Shown here: positions 17,872 to 27,071 of the stretch, in pieces | Layout: every line of letters starts with the position of its first letter | Numbering within the stretch: position 1 is the stretch's first letter | Source of the DNA: Nitriliruptoraceae bacterium | Lineage (GTDB): Bacteria; Actinomycetota; Nitriliruptoria; Nitriliruptorales; Nitriliruptoraceae | Length of the DNA: 64,000 nucleotides | Reading direction: 5' to 3' | Assembly (NCBI GenBank): GCA_047921175.1 | Contig: JBLRWQ010000003.1 | Location: forward strand, 4,534-68,533 | Program-made: the position numbers and the translations under genes | Notes under the pieces: model-generated | What the model was told of the DNA's origin: nothing | Seen by the model: the letters and a program-made list of their open reading frames with translations, nothing else | Database searches by the model: none

Positions 17872-18474
17872 GTGTCCACCGAACCGGCCCCCGCCACGGT
17901 CGAGGCGCTGCTGCGGCGCGCGGCAGCCGCTGACGTCGCCGATGCGCGACGGCTGTTGACCCGGATCGACGCGATCCGACTCCTGGAGCTCGTGGTGTCG
18001 CAGGCGGAGCTGGCCGTCGACGAGGACCGTGACCGGCCGGCCGGGATCGACGCGATCGGCGAGGTGACCCGGGCTGCCATCGAGGTGATGGACCTGCCGC
18101 AGGACGTGTCCACGGGCCTGGAGCCCGTGGAGCCGAGCGAGCCGCCGACGGTGACCGGCTGGGAGCTCGTCACGGTCGACGCGCGCGATCTGGAGGACGC
18201 GACCCTGACCGTCGCCGTGCCCTCGTGGGCGCTCGCGCTGGTGGCCTTCTCCGACATCCAGATCCCCGGCACCGGCCGGGTCCGTCGCGCGGTGGCTGCC
18301 ACGGCGGACGGCCGCCTGGTCGGCGTCGGCCTCCACCTGCGCAGCGACGGCGGCCCCGCCGAGGTGCGCTGGGCCACGCTGGCACACGAAGCCGCCGCGC
18401 TCGGCCCCGATGGTCGGCTCGCCGCCGCGTTGGCGGCCGCGCTGGACCAGGCCGGTCGGGGTCGCGCTGGTTGA
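17872..18474 (+). CDS. hypothetical protein
   Basis: GTG at 17872 follows GGAGGAG by 6 nt. The 200-aa acidic, Ala-rich product has a protein-like composition and G/C-rich third positions. I recognise no motif. Confidence 0.55.
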   Translation: MSTEPAPATVEALLRRAAAADVADARRLLTRIDAIRLLELVVSQAELAVDEDRDRPAGIDAIGEVTRAAIEVMDLPQDVSTGLEPVEPSEPPTVTGWELVTVDARDLEDATLTVAVPSWALALVAFSDIQIPGTGRVRRAVAATADGRLVGVGLHLRSDGGPAEVRWATLAHEAAALGPDGRLAAALAAALDQAGRGRAG

Positions 18475-18658
18475 CGCCATCCGGCAGGGGCCGCCCGCCG
18501 GCCGGCCCCGTCCGCCTCCCGCGCCCGACCCGGCTCACGCGCAGCAGGCGCGCAGGAGGCGGCGGGACCGCCGGAGGGTGGCTGGTCGGTTGGGCGTCTG
18601 GGCATCGGGGGTGACAGACTGCGCCCCCCTTGCCCCCTCGACGAGACGAGCTCCCTGC

Positions 18659-20770
18659 GTGACGACCCGTGCCCGCTTCCGCCCACATCCCCGCGGCTTC
18701 GGCTTCGCTGACCCGGTGGCCGAGGACCGTCTGACCGAGATCACGGCCACCGTGGCCGACGAGGACGGACGCCCCACGGACGTCGACCGCATCTTCGTGC
18801 CGCCGCCGCTCGCGAAGGGCCTGCTCGCCGACGACCTGCTCGACGTGGAGGTGGCCCTCGACGACAAGGGCGCATCCGCCACCTCGATCACCGTGGTGTC
18901 CCGGGCACGCAAGATGCTGGTCGGCACCGTGCAACGTGGACCGGGCCGCCTGGTGCTGGAGCCCAACCCGGCCCTCGGAACGGGATGGGCCGACCTGGAG
19001 CCTGCGGTGACCAGCAAGGTCGAGCAGGCCGTCGGTCGCCAGATCGTGGTCCTGGCCGGCGAGCGCGAGGACGGTGCGCCCGTCGGGCGTGCCCTGGTGG
19101 CCGGCCCGCACATCGTCGGCTCGCCGCAGGCGATCCGTGCCGCCAACGTCGTGGTGGCCCTGGGCCGGGCCGCACCCTCGCTGATCGCCGGTGGACCGGC
19201 GGCGGCGGGCCTCCCCGCCGCCGAGGCCGACACGATCCACACCCGGGTCATCGGGCTGCTCGCGGGTGGCGGGCGCGGCGGTGCCGCCGGCCTGGACCTC
19301 GTCGGCCCGCTGCCCGGGGTCGACGCCCCGTGGGCGGAGCGTCGTGACGACGCCTGCGTGACGATCGACAGCGCCGCCACCCGCGACATCGACGACGCGA
19401 TCGCCGCGCGCTGGGACGGCAGCCAAGACAGCGACGTCGAGGTCGCGGTCCACATCGCCGACGTGGCGCGGGCGGTCGGGATCGGCTCACCCGCCGACCG
19501 CTACGCCCGCGTGGTCGCCTCCACCGCCTACCTCGCGGTCGGGGACAACGCCCCGATGCTGGACCCGGCGCTATCCGAGGGGGCCCTGTCCCTACTGCCG
19601 GGCGAGGATCGCTGGGTCATCTCCGCCCGGTTCCGGGTCACCCCCGGGGGGGCGCTCGAGGGGGTCACGATCGAGGCGGCGGCGGTGACCTCCCGGGCCA
19701 AGCTGTCCTACGAGGCGCTGGAGTCCTGGCTCGCCGGTGACCGGGACGCGATCCACGCCGAGGCCGGCTCGCAGGCCGAGGTTGCCGACGAGGTCCTGAC
19801 CGCGGCGGTCGAGGCCTCCCGGCGGCTCGGGGTCGAACGCGACTCACGCGCGACCTTCGAGGCCCTGTTCGAGGACGCCGAGGTCGAGCCGGGCCTGGTG
19901 GACGGGCGCCTGACCGCGGTCGACGCCACCCCGCACGCGGACGCCTACCGGCAGGTCGAGCGGTTGATGGTCGCCGCGAACGAGGCGGTAGCCGGCTGGT
20001 TGGTGGAGCGCGAGGTCCCTGCCCTGTACCGCGCGCACACCGGGCTGGCCGCGGACCGCCTCGAGCGGCTGAAGGCCGCGGTCGCGCTGGCCGGCGCCGA
20101 GGTGCCGTCGCTCGACGACCCGGACGCGGAGACCGACACCGTGGTCGGCGAGCTGATCGCCGCCATCGACGCCGCCGATGCGGCCGGTCGCACCGCCGAG
20201 CGGGACCTGCTGGTCTCGGTCGCGGCCTCGTCCACCGCGCGGGCCTCCTACGAGCCCGACCCCTCCGCCCACACCGGGCTCGCCGCAGCCGCCTACACCC
20301 ACTTCACCTCGCCGATCCGCCGCTACGCGGATCTGGTGGTGCACCGCCAGATCCGCGCGGCGCTGGCCGACGAGGCGCCGCCGCACCGGGCGGAGGACCT
20401 GCGGGCGCTGGCCGGGTGGTTGGACGCCCGGAGCGGGGCCATCAGCTTCCTGCAGGCCCGGGAGCGGGGCGACCTGTGGGCGCGGCTGCTGGACCGCGGC
20501 TTCCTGGACGGGGCCGAGACGGCCACGGTCACCGGGCTGACCGAGAACGGGCTCCGGGTCCGGCTGCCCCGCCTCGGGTTGACCGGGTTCGTGACCGCGG
20601 AGCGGGCCCTGGACCTGCCGCCGAAGCAGCGCGGCTCGCTCACGATCGACGACCACGGGCTCACGACGACCACGGGCCCCTGGCAGGTCGGCTCGCGGAT
20701 CTCGGTCCGGTTCGCCGGGCTGGACCCGACCGGGCGGCCGAACTGGCGCATGGGGCCGACGCCAGTCTGA
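18659..20770 (+). CDS. RNB-domain 3'-5' exoribonuclease (RNase R / RNase II family)
   Basis: N-terminal cold-shock-like HPRGFGFA. RNB core motifs are DSAATRDIDDA and HFTSPIRRYADLVVHRQI. The C-terminal S1-like segment is ATVTGLTENGLRVRL. The start (GTG 18659) is approximate. Confidence 0.85.
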   Translation: MTTRARFRPHPRGFGFADPVAEDRLTEITATVADEDGRPTDVDRIFVPPPLAKGLLADDLLDVEVALDDKGASATSITVVSRARKMLVGTVQRGPGRLVLEPNPALGTGWADLEPAVTSKVEQAVGRQIVVLAGEREDGAPVGRALVAGPHIVGSPQAIRAANVVVALGRAAPSLIAGGPAAAGLPAAEADTIHTRVIGLLAGGGRGGAAGLDLVGPLPGVDAPWAERRDDACVTIDSAATRDIDDAIAARWDGSQDSDVEVAVHIADVARAVGIGSPADRYARVVASTAYLAVGDNAPMLDPALSEGALSLLPGEDRWVISARFRVTPGGALEGVTIEAAAVTSRAKLSYEALESWLAGDRDAIHAEAGSQAEVADEVLTAAVEASRRLGVERDSRATFEALFEDAEVEPGLVDGRLTAVDATPHADAYRQVERLMVAANEAVAGWLVEREVPALYRAHTGLAADRLERLKAAVALAGAEVPSLDDPDAETDTVVGELIAAIDAADAAGRTAERDLLVSVAASSTARASYEPDPSAHTGLAAAAYTHFTSPIRRYADLVVHRQIRAALADEAPPHRAEDLRALAGWLDARSGAISFLQARERGDLWARLLDRGFLDGAETATVTGLTENGLRVRLPRLGLTGFVTAERALDLPPKQRGSLTIDDHGLTTTTGPWQVGSRISVRFAGLDPTGRPNWRMGPTPV

Positions 20771-20806
20771 CGGGCGGTCGGGCGCCGGACCGTCGAGGAC
20801 CGGCGT

Positions 20807-23521
20807 TCAGCCAGCCGCCCCCGCGGGGGGCGACCCGTCCCGGAGGTGGACGACCACGGCGTTCGGGATGGCCGCGAACCGGCTCCCGACGCAGGTCAGC
20901 ACGATGACCTGCGGACCGCGGACACGGCCGAGCAGGGCGGCCAGCCGCTCGAGCCGGGCCGGGTCCGTGTACCCCAGCGTGTCGTCGAGGACGACCGGCA
21001 CCCCACCGTCGCCCGCCAGGTCCGCGGCCGCCAGGGCGGTGAGGATGGCCAGCTGTTCGCGCGCACCGGCGGACAGCTGCTCGAACGCCAGCGAGGTCCC
21101 GGCCAGCGTCCGGGACGTGATCGAGAGCGCCTCGTCCAGCTCCACGTCGAGGTCCGCGCCGAGCACGAGCCGCCCGGCAGCCACGATCCGCTCCCGCAAG
21201 GGCGCGCGGTAGGCGGCGTACGCCTCCTCCCGCGCCCCTTCGAACACCTCCCGGAGCGCCCGGGCCGCGGCCGCCCGCCGCTGCAGCGCGTCCCGGTCGC
21301 GCCGACGGCGGTGCAGCTCGGCGGTGGCGGCCTGGAGCGCCTCCCCGACCCCGTCACCACCGCGCACCTCGATGCGCCCGGCCAGCCCCGCCGCCTCCTC
21401 ACGCAGCCGGGCCTGCCGCTGCTCGACCGCCTGGAGCTCGGCGGCGGCGGTCTCGACCGCGAGCTCGACCGCGTCGGCGTCCCGCGCGGCCAACTGCTCC
21501 TCGACCCTCCCGAGGGCCGCCCGTGCCTGCGCGAGCGCCTCGTCCGCCATCCTGACGTCCGTGGCCAGCGCGGCGTCGCCCCCGATCGTCCGGGCCCGCT
21601 CCAGGGCCGTCGCGACACGGTCACGCTCGGCAGCAACGGCCGCGACCGATGCTTCGGCCGTCACCACCGCGTCGCGATGGGCGGTGACCACGGCCGCGCG
21701 GGTGGACCGCTCGGCGCGCGCGGCGACCATCGCGGTCTGCAGCTCGGCGAGCGCCGCCTCGCGCTGCTCGAGCTCGGCCGGCTCCGGTACCGGAGCCGCG
21801 AGGTCGGCCAGCCCCGGTCCGCGCCCTCCACGGTCGGGCTCCCCGATCCCCGCCTGGTCGCCGAGGCGCTCCCGCAGGGAGACGGCCGCGGCCTCGTGGT
21901 CGCGGAGCGCGTCCTCGAGCGCATCCAGGTCCTCCCCGTCCAGCTCACGAGCGACGATGGCGTCCCGCTCGGCGAGCGTGGCGCGATGGGCCGCGACCAC
22001 CTCGGCGAGTGTCTCGGCCTCGGCCGGATCGCTGACCCCGAGGTCGTCGCAGGCCTCGTGCACCTCGGCCGCCGCGGCGCGCGCGGCGTCCTGCCGCTCC
22101 GCCAGCGACCGGCCCGCGGTCACCTCGACGTCGGCGAGGTCGGCCAGCCGCAGCCGGATCCGGTCGGGGACCGCGTGCTCGAGTCGCTCCCCCGCCGCGA
22201 GCTGCGCCGGGTCGGCCGCTCGGGCCTGATCGACCGTGGCGACCGTCAGATCCCGGTGGGCCGTGATCCGCACGGTCGGTGCTTCCGCCCCGAGCCGTGC
22301 CTCAGCCAGGCGTAACGCGTCCACCGCGGCCCGCACACGCGCGTGGCGGGTGGGGGTCGACCGCGTCCCGGCCAGGGCGGCTGCCGCGTCCCTGGCGGCC
22401 TCGTGCGCCGCACCGATGCGACGGCGACGCGCCCGCGTGCGTTCCAGCTCACGCACGGTGTGGGCGAGGTCGGCACGTAGCCGCAGCGTCGTGAGCGAGG
22501 CGCGCCGCTCCTCCACCTCGGCCTCCAGCCGCGTCACGGCCGCGTCCTGGTCCGCGAGCGCCGCCTGCGCCGGCGCGAGCTGCGCGACAGCCACGTCGCG
22601 CCGCTGCTCGGCGTCGGCAACGGCGGCCTCGGTCCGCCCTCGCTCCTCCACGAGCTCGCGTCGCGCGGTCGCGGCGGCAGCGGCGCGTGCCTGGGTCGCT
22701 GCCGCAACCTCCACGGCCGCGGCAGCCGTACGACGTTGCGACCGCAGCTCACCGACGAGCCGGGCCGCCTCGCGGCGCTCCGCGAGCACCGGCACGAGCG
22801 CCTCGCGGTGATGCTGCAGGGCCCGCTGCTCCGCCGCCACCTCGGCCGCTCGCTGCGCCGCCGCGGCCAGCTCGGCCTCGAGCTGCTCGAGCCGGGCGAC
22901 CTCGGCCTCAGCCGCCGCCACGGCGTCGGCGGCGTCGGCGAGCAGCCGGGTCGGCGTCCGGGCCTTGTCGGTGTGGTAGCGCACGGCTTCCGCGACGACC
23001 CGGTCGAACAGCGCGTCCTCGTCGCCGACCCCCGCGCCACCCGCACCGGCATCGAGCAGGCCGGCGAGGGTCCGGGAGGTGTCGAGCGTCACCGGGTCGA
23101 GGCTACGGCCCTGCCGGAAGCGCAGCGCCTCGAGCAACGCCAGGTCCGTGTGCTCCTCGAGGAGCCGCTGGAGCTCGTCGTGGGCGGCGTCCCCGGTCAG
23201 CTGGCGGCGGGTCGGGGTGGTGATGGTCAGCTCGGTGGCCGGCTGCTTGTTGAAGCGCTTGCGGACCGTGAGCCGGTGCGGCCCGAGGGTGATGTCCGCC
23301 TCGATCGTGGAGGGGACGTCCCGGTCGACCGGCTTCAGCGCCCGGACATGCTTCTTGCCGGCCCGGTCGCGCTCGTGGAGCAGGACGTCGAGGGCGTCGA
23401 ACAGGGTCGTCTTGCCGGTCTCGTTGGGAGCCTCGACGACGGTGACCCGGTCGGTGGCGAGCGCGACCTCGGCGCGCCGGAGCCCTCGGACGTCCTCCAG
23501 CGCGATGCGGTGGATCCTCAT
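20807..23521 (-). CDS. SMC/Rad50-like AAA ATPase (SbcC/YhaN-like) with a long Ala/Arg-rich coiled coil
   Basis: N-terminal Walker A APNETGKTTLFDA, about 600 aa of coiled coil, then the C-terminal signature and Walker B LSAGAREQLAILTALAAADL...VPVVLDDTLGYTD. Confidence 0.85.
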   Translation of the reverse strand: MRIHRIALEDVRGLRRAEVALATDRVTVVEAPNETGKTTLFDALDVLLHERDRAGKKHVRALKPVDRDVPSTIEADITLGPHRLTVRKRFNKQPATELTITTPTRRQLTGDAAHDELQRLLEEHTDLALLEALRFRQGRSLDPVTLDTSRTLAGLLDAGAGGAGVGDEDALFDRVVAEAVRYHTDKARTPTRLLADAADAVAAAEAEVARLEQLEAELAAAAQRAAEVAAEQRALQHHREALVPVLAERREAARLVGELRSQRRTAAAAVEVAAATQARAAAAATARRELVEERGRTEAAVADAEQRRDVAVAQLAPAQAALADQDAAVTRLEAEVEERRASLTTLRLRADLAHTVRELERTRARRRRIGAAHEAARDAAAALAGTRSTPTRHARVRAAVDALRLAEARLGAEAPTVRITAHRDLTVATVDQARAADPAQLAAGERLEHAVPDRIRLRLADLADVEVTAGRSLAERQDAARAAAAEVHEACDDLGVSDPAEAETLAEVVAAHRATLAERDAIVARELDGEDLDALEDALRDHEAAAVSLRERLGDQAGIGEPDRGGRGPGLADLAAPVPEPAELEQREAALAELQTAMVAARAERSTRAAVVTAHRDAVVTAEASVAAVAAERDRVATALERARTIGGDAALATDVRMADEALAQARAALGRVEEQLAARDADAVELAVETAAAELQAVEQRQARLREEAAGLAGRIEVRGGDGVGEALQAATAELHRRRRDRDALQRRAAAARALREVFEGAREEAYAAYRAPLRERIVAAGRLVLGADLDVELDEALSITSRTLAGTSLAFEQLSAGAREQLAILTALAAADLAGDGGVPVVLDDTLGYTDPARLERLAALLGRVRGPQVIVLTCVGSRFAAIPNAVVVHLRDGSPPAGAAG

Positions 23522-24651
23522 CGGCCGTCCTCGGTCCTCGCCAACCGGAGCAGCAGCCCGAGCGCGTCGGTGGCCACCTCGCCGTCGGCGCCGCCGGCGG
23601 CGGCGGTGGCGAGCAGCCGGTCCCGTGCCGTGGCCGCGTAGCCGCTCAGGGGCAGGTCGGCGACGTCGTCGTCGCTGACGCGCACCGCCAGGTCCCGGTG
23701 CCGGTCGGGATGCTCCAGCGCGGCGAGCGCCAGGGCCCGCTCGTCCAGCACCTCGTCGAGCCGGGCGACCTGCCGCAGGTCCAGGGTCCCGGTGACGCTG
23801 ACCTTGACGATGGCGCGCTCCGGGTCCTCGATCGCCGCGAGGTCGGCGGCCAGGGCCTCGAGGTCGTCGTCTCCCGTGACCTCGTGGTGGAGCCGATGGA
23901 AGTGCCAGGTTCCGAGGTGGTGGCGGGTGACCGCGGGGCGGGGACCAGCGAGGTCCACCACCAGCGCGGTGCCCGCATCGACCTCGTCGTAGTCGGTCGG
24001 CTCCGGGGCACCGGCGTACCAGACGTGCCCGTCCGGATCGACGCGCGTGCAGGAGTGGCGGTCGCCGAGCGCCACGTAGCGGACCCGCCCCTCATCGACG
24101 GCCCGCTGCACCCGACCGAGGTCGATCGTGCCGGCGGCATCGAACCCCCCGGAGACCTCGGCGACGCTGCCGTGGCCGACGACGACGCGGCAGGCCCCGT
24201 CGTCCGGCGCCTGCTCGCAGGCCTCGGCGGTGAGGTCGGTCAGCGGCTGCTTGCTCGTCCACGGCGCGCCGAGGACCTCGAACCCCTCCACCGGTCGGCG
24301 AGGTCGGGTGCCGTCCAGGACCTCGACGTGACCGGGGCAGCGGTCCCGGAAGGCGCTGGACCGCCAGACGGACCCGGCCTCGAGGGGGTCGTGGTTGCCG
24401 GGCAGCAGGTACACCGGCACCGTCACGTCCCGCAGCGCGTCCAGGGTCCGCATGACCGTGCGCGGGTCCGGGTGACTGGTCTCGAACACGTCCCCGGCGA
24501 CGACCATGCAGGCGCAGTCCTCCGCGGCGGCGAGGTCGCCGAGGCGGCGGATCGCGTCCACGCGGGCCTGGGAGAACCGTCCCTGGTCCTCCGCCGCGAG
24601 GAAATGGCGGGTCATGCCCAACTGCCAGTCGCTCGTGTGGAGCACGCGCAC
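23518..24651 (-). CDS. metallophosphoesterase, SbcD/Mre11-like nuclease
   Basis: Motifs HTSDWQLG, VVAGDVFE, LLPGNHD, VVGHG and LGDRH. The GTG start follows GGAGG by 6 nt. Its stop forms an ATGA overlap with the downstream ATPase start. Confidence 0.85.
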   Translation of the reverse strand: MRVLHTSDWQLGMTRHFLAAEDQGRFSQARVDAIRRLGDLAAAEDCACMVVAGDVFETSHPDPRTVMRTLDALRDVTVPVYLLPGNHDPLEAGSVWRSSAFRDRCPGHVEVLDGTRPRRPVEGFEVLGAPWTSKQPLTDLTAEACEQAPDDGACRVVVGHGSVAEVSGGFDAAGTIDLGRVQRAVDEGRVRYVALGDRHSCTRVDPDGHVWYAGAPEPTDYDEVDAGTALVVDLAGPRPAVTRHHLGTWHFHRLHHEVTGDDDLEALAADLAAIEDPERAIVKVSVTGTLDLRQVARLDEVLDERALALAALEHPDRHRDLAVRVSDDDVADLPLSGYAATARDRLLATAAAGGADGEVATDALGLLLRLARTEDGR

Positions 24652-24793
24652 GCGGGACCTCCGACCGCAGACGGACCAGCACCCTACCCACGAGCTGCGA
24701 CCGAGCGGCCCGGGTGCCGCCGGAGCTGTGGAGGAACCGACGCCCGGCGGGTGGCGTGCCGCGACCCGTGCCAGCTGCGGACGGCCTCGCCGG

Positions 24794-26131
24794 TCAGCCG
24801 GCCAGGGTCTCCAGGGCCCGGGCCAGTTGGCCGAGCCCGTCGCGGATCCACGGCAGGGCCAGGGGCGCGTCGTCGACCAGCGCCGTCTGCCGCCGCAGAT
24901 CGTCGGGGCCGTACAGCAGCGAGGTGGCGACCCGCAGTCGCAGCGCAGCGTGGTCGTCCCCGAAGGCCGCCCCCGGCAGCGTCGCGATGTCGAGCCGGTC
25001 GAGCAGGGTGGCGGCCAGCGCCGGCCCGTCGGTCACGCCCCAGCGCTCGCGCAGCACATCCCGGTGCGCGCCCAGGTCGGGGTAGACGTAGAAGCCCCCG
25101 ACCGGTCGGGCGAGGGTGGCGCCCGCGTCGAGGAAGACCTCGGCCACCGCTGCGGCGACACACGCATGCAGGCGCCGGGACGCCTCCAGATGGGTCCGGA
25201 GCACCGTCGGCTCCTCGTACGCCCACGCGGCGACCTGCTGGACCGGGTTGGGCGCGGACGACCAGACCTCGCTCGCGATGTGCAGCACGCGCTCCCCGAG
25301 GCGGTCGCCGAGGTCGCTGTCCGGTAGGCGCAGGACGCCGAGCCGCCAGCCGCCGAGCGCGAGGCTCTTCGACAGCCCGGTGGTGACCACGGTCCGCTCC
25401 GGGGCGAGCTCCGCGGGGCTGATGAAGGCCTGCCGGGGGTCGTGCAGCAGGTCGCGGTAGATCTCGTCGGACACGATCACGAGGTCGTGCGCACGGGCGA
25501 CCGCGACGACCTGCGCCACCCGGTCGCTGCCGGCGAGCGTGCCGGTGGGGTTGTCGGGCAGGGTCAGGACGACGCTGCGCACCGGGTGCCCCCGCTCGCG
25601 GGCGCGTCTGGCCAGCCGATCGAGGGCCTGCGGGTCGGGGACGCCACCCTGCCCCGGCGTGGTCGGCACCAGGTGCGCACGCTGGGCGAGCAGGTCGGCC
25701 TGTGCGGCGTAGCTCACCCAGCTCGGCTGCGGGAGCGCGACGTCACCGCCGATGGCCTGCAGCAGCGCGTACAGCAGCGGCTTGCTGCCCGGGCCCACGA
25801 CGACCTGGTCCGCCCGGGTGGGCAGGGACCGGCGGCTCCAGTAGCCGGCGGCCGCCTCCCGCAGGGGCGCGATCCCGGCGACGGGGCCGTAGCCGTTGCC
25901 CCCGGCTGCCGCCGCCAACCGCTCCTTGAGCGCCGGGTGGACCGGCAGGCCGGCCTCACCGAAGCCGAGGGCGAGCACGGGTCGACCGTCGCGGCGGGCC
26001 CGTTCGACGGTCTCGTTGATGGCGAGGGTGGCGGAGACGGCCACGGTGATGCTCCCGGGTCGGCGGGTCGGCGGGTCGGCGGGTCGGGGTGCGGGGGTCG
26101 GCGCCCTCGCACGGTGCGGCACGACGAGCAT
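24794..26131 (-). CDS. class I/II pyridoxal-phosphate-dependent aminotransferase
   Basis: LAINE...LGFGEAGLP...NGYGPVAGIAPLREA...LTLPDNPTGT...SDEIY...TGLSKSLALGGWRLG, which includes the SKS PLP-lysine context. The start (ATG 26129-26131) is uncertain. Confidence 0.85.
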   Translation of the reverse strand: MLVVPHRARAPTPAPRPADPPTRRPGSITVAVSATLAINETVERARRDGRPVLALGFGEAGLPVHPALKERLAAAAGGNGYGPVAGIAPLREAAAGYWSRRSLPTRADQVVVGPGSKPLLYALLQAIGGDVALPQPSWVSYAAQADLLAQRAHLVPTTPGQGGVPDPQALDRLARRARERGHPVRSVVLTLPDNPTGTLAGSDRVAQVVAVARAHDLVIVSDEIYRDLLHDPRQAFISPAELAPERTVVTTGLSKSLALGGWRLGVLRLPDSDLGDRLGERVLHIASEVWSSAPNPVQQVAAWAYEEPTVLRTHLEASRRLHACVAAAVAEVFLDAGATLARPVGGFYVYPDLGAHRDVLRERWGVTDGPALAATLLDRLDIATLPGAAFGDDHAALRLRVATSLLYGPDDLRRQTALVDDAPLALPWIRDGLGQLARALETLAG

Positions 26132-26146
26132 CAGCGCAAGCGCGAT
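26130..26146. promoter_or_regulatory. LysR-type T-N11-A box candidate
   Basis: ATC-AGCGCAAGCGC-GAT (ATC-N11-GAT) sits in the 40-nt gap between the divergent LysR gene and the aminotransferase gene. It is followed by the A/T-richer GATAATCT. Confidence 0.4.
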
Positions 26147-26171
26147 AATCTGCAGCTGACCATCAGGAGAG

Positions 26172-27068
26172 ATGATGCTCGACCTGCACCGACTGCACCT
26201 CCTGCACCGCTTCGCCCAGCACGGCAGCATCGCGGCCACCGCTGCCGCCGTGGGCTACACCCCGTCCGCGGTCTCGCAGCAGCTGGCCACGCTGGAACGC
26301 GAGACGGGGGTGGCGCTGCTGGACCGGACCGCCCGCAGCGCCGAGCTGACCGCGCTCGGCCGGCGCCTGGCACGGCATGCGGCCGACATCCTCGCCGCGG
26401 TGGAGGCCGCCGAGGTCGACCTCGCCGAGCGCAGCAGCCGGCCGTCGGGGACGGTCCACATCGCCGCGGTCCCGAGCGCGGCGGTGGCGTTGGCCCCGGC
26501 GCTGGCGACCGTGCGAGCCGACCACCCGGACGTGGAGCTCGTCGTCCACCAGTCGCGTCCGGGGACCGCCCTGACCCGGCTGCGGGCCCGCGAGATCGAC
26601 CTGGCGATCGTCGACGACCACGCGCCGGACCCGCCGACCACCTACCCCCGGCTCGACGCCGAGGTGCTCCGGGTGGACCCGCTGGTGCTCGTCCTCCCCG
26701 CCGGGCACCCCGTTGCCACCGGCGAGGGATCCGCGGACCTCGCGGCACTCACCGAGGGCCCGTGGCTGTGTGCACCGACGGGGGAGCCGTCCCGGACCGC
26801 GACCGACCGGGTCCTGGCCGAGGCCGGGGTCACCCCCACCACGCTGTGGGAGTTCGAGGGGCTGGCCACGCTGGCGACGCTGGTCAGCCAGGGGGTCGGC
26901 ATCGCCGTGCTGCCACGGTTGGCCATCACCCGCCCACTCGAGGAGCTGGTCGCGGTGCGGGCCCTGCCGGTGCCGACCAGCCGGGCGATCGTGGCCGTGA
27001 CACGGACGAGCTCGCGCCACCGGCCGGCGATCGAGGCCACCCTGGCCGCGCTGCGGGCCGAGGCGTGA
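26172..27068 (+). CDS. LysR-family transcriptional regulator
   Basis: N-terminal HTH LHLLHRFAQHGSIAATAAAVGYTPSAVSQQLATLERETGVALLDR, followed by a substrate-binding-domain-length C-terminus. AGGAGAG lies upstream of the ATGATG start. Confidence 0.92.
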   Translation: MMLDLHRLHLLHRFAQHGSIAATAAAVGYTPSAVSQQLATLERETGVALLDRTARSAELTALGRRLARHAADILAAVEAAEVDLAERSSRPSGTVHIAAVPSAAVALAPALATVRADHPDVELVVHQSRPGTALTRLRAREIDLAIVDDHAPDPPTTYPRLDAEVLRVDPLVLVLPAGHPVATGEGSADLAALTEGPWLCAPTGEPSRTATDRVLAEAGVTPTTLWEFEGLATLATLVSQGVGIAVLPRLAITRPLEELVAVRALPVPTSRAIVAVTRTSSRHRPAIEATLAALRAEA

Positions 27069-27071
27069 GGG

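Noticed and set aside
18170-19453. 427-aa and 306-aa minus-strand ORFs opposite the RNB ribonuclease gene
   Set aside because: They are antisense artefacts with R/G/P-rich translations. The plus-strand frame has RNB catalytic motifs.
20771-20806. Bidirectional terminator between the convergent RNB and SbcC-like genes
   Set aside because: Several alternative short GC stems are possible (for example CGGTC-N8-GACCG and CGCCGG-N11-CCGGCG), but none is long or clearly favoured. The evidence is too weak to annotate.
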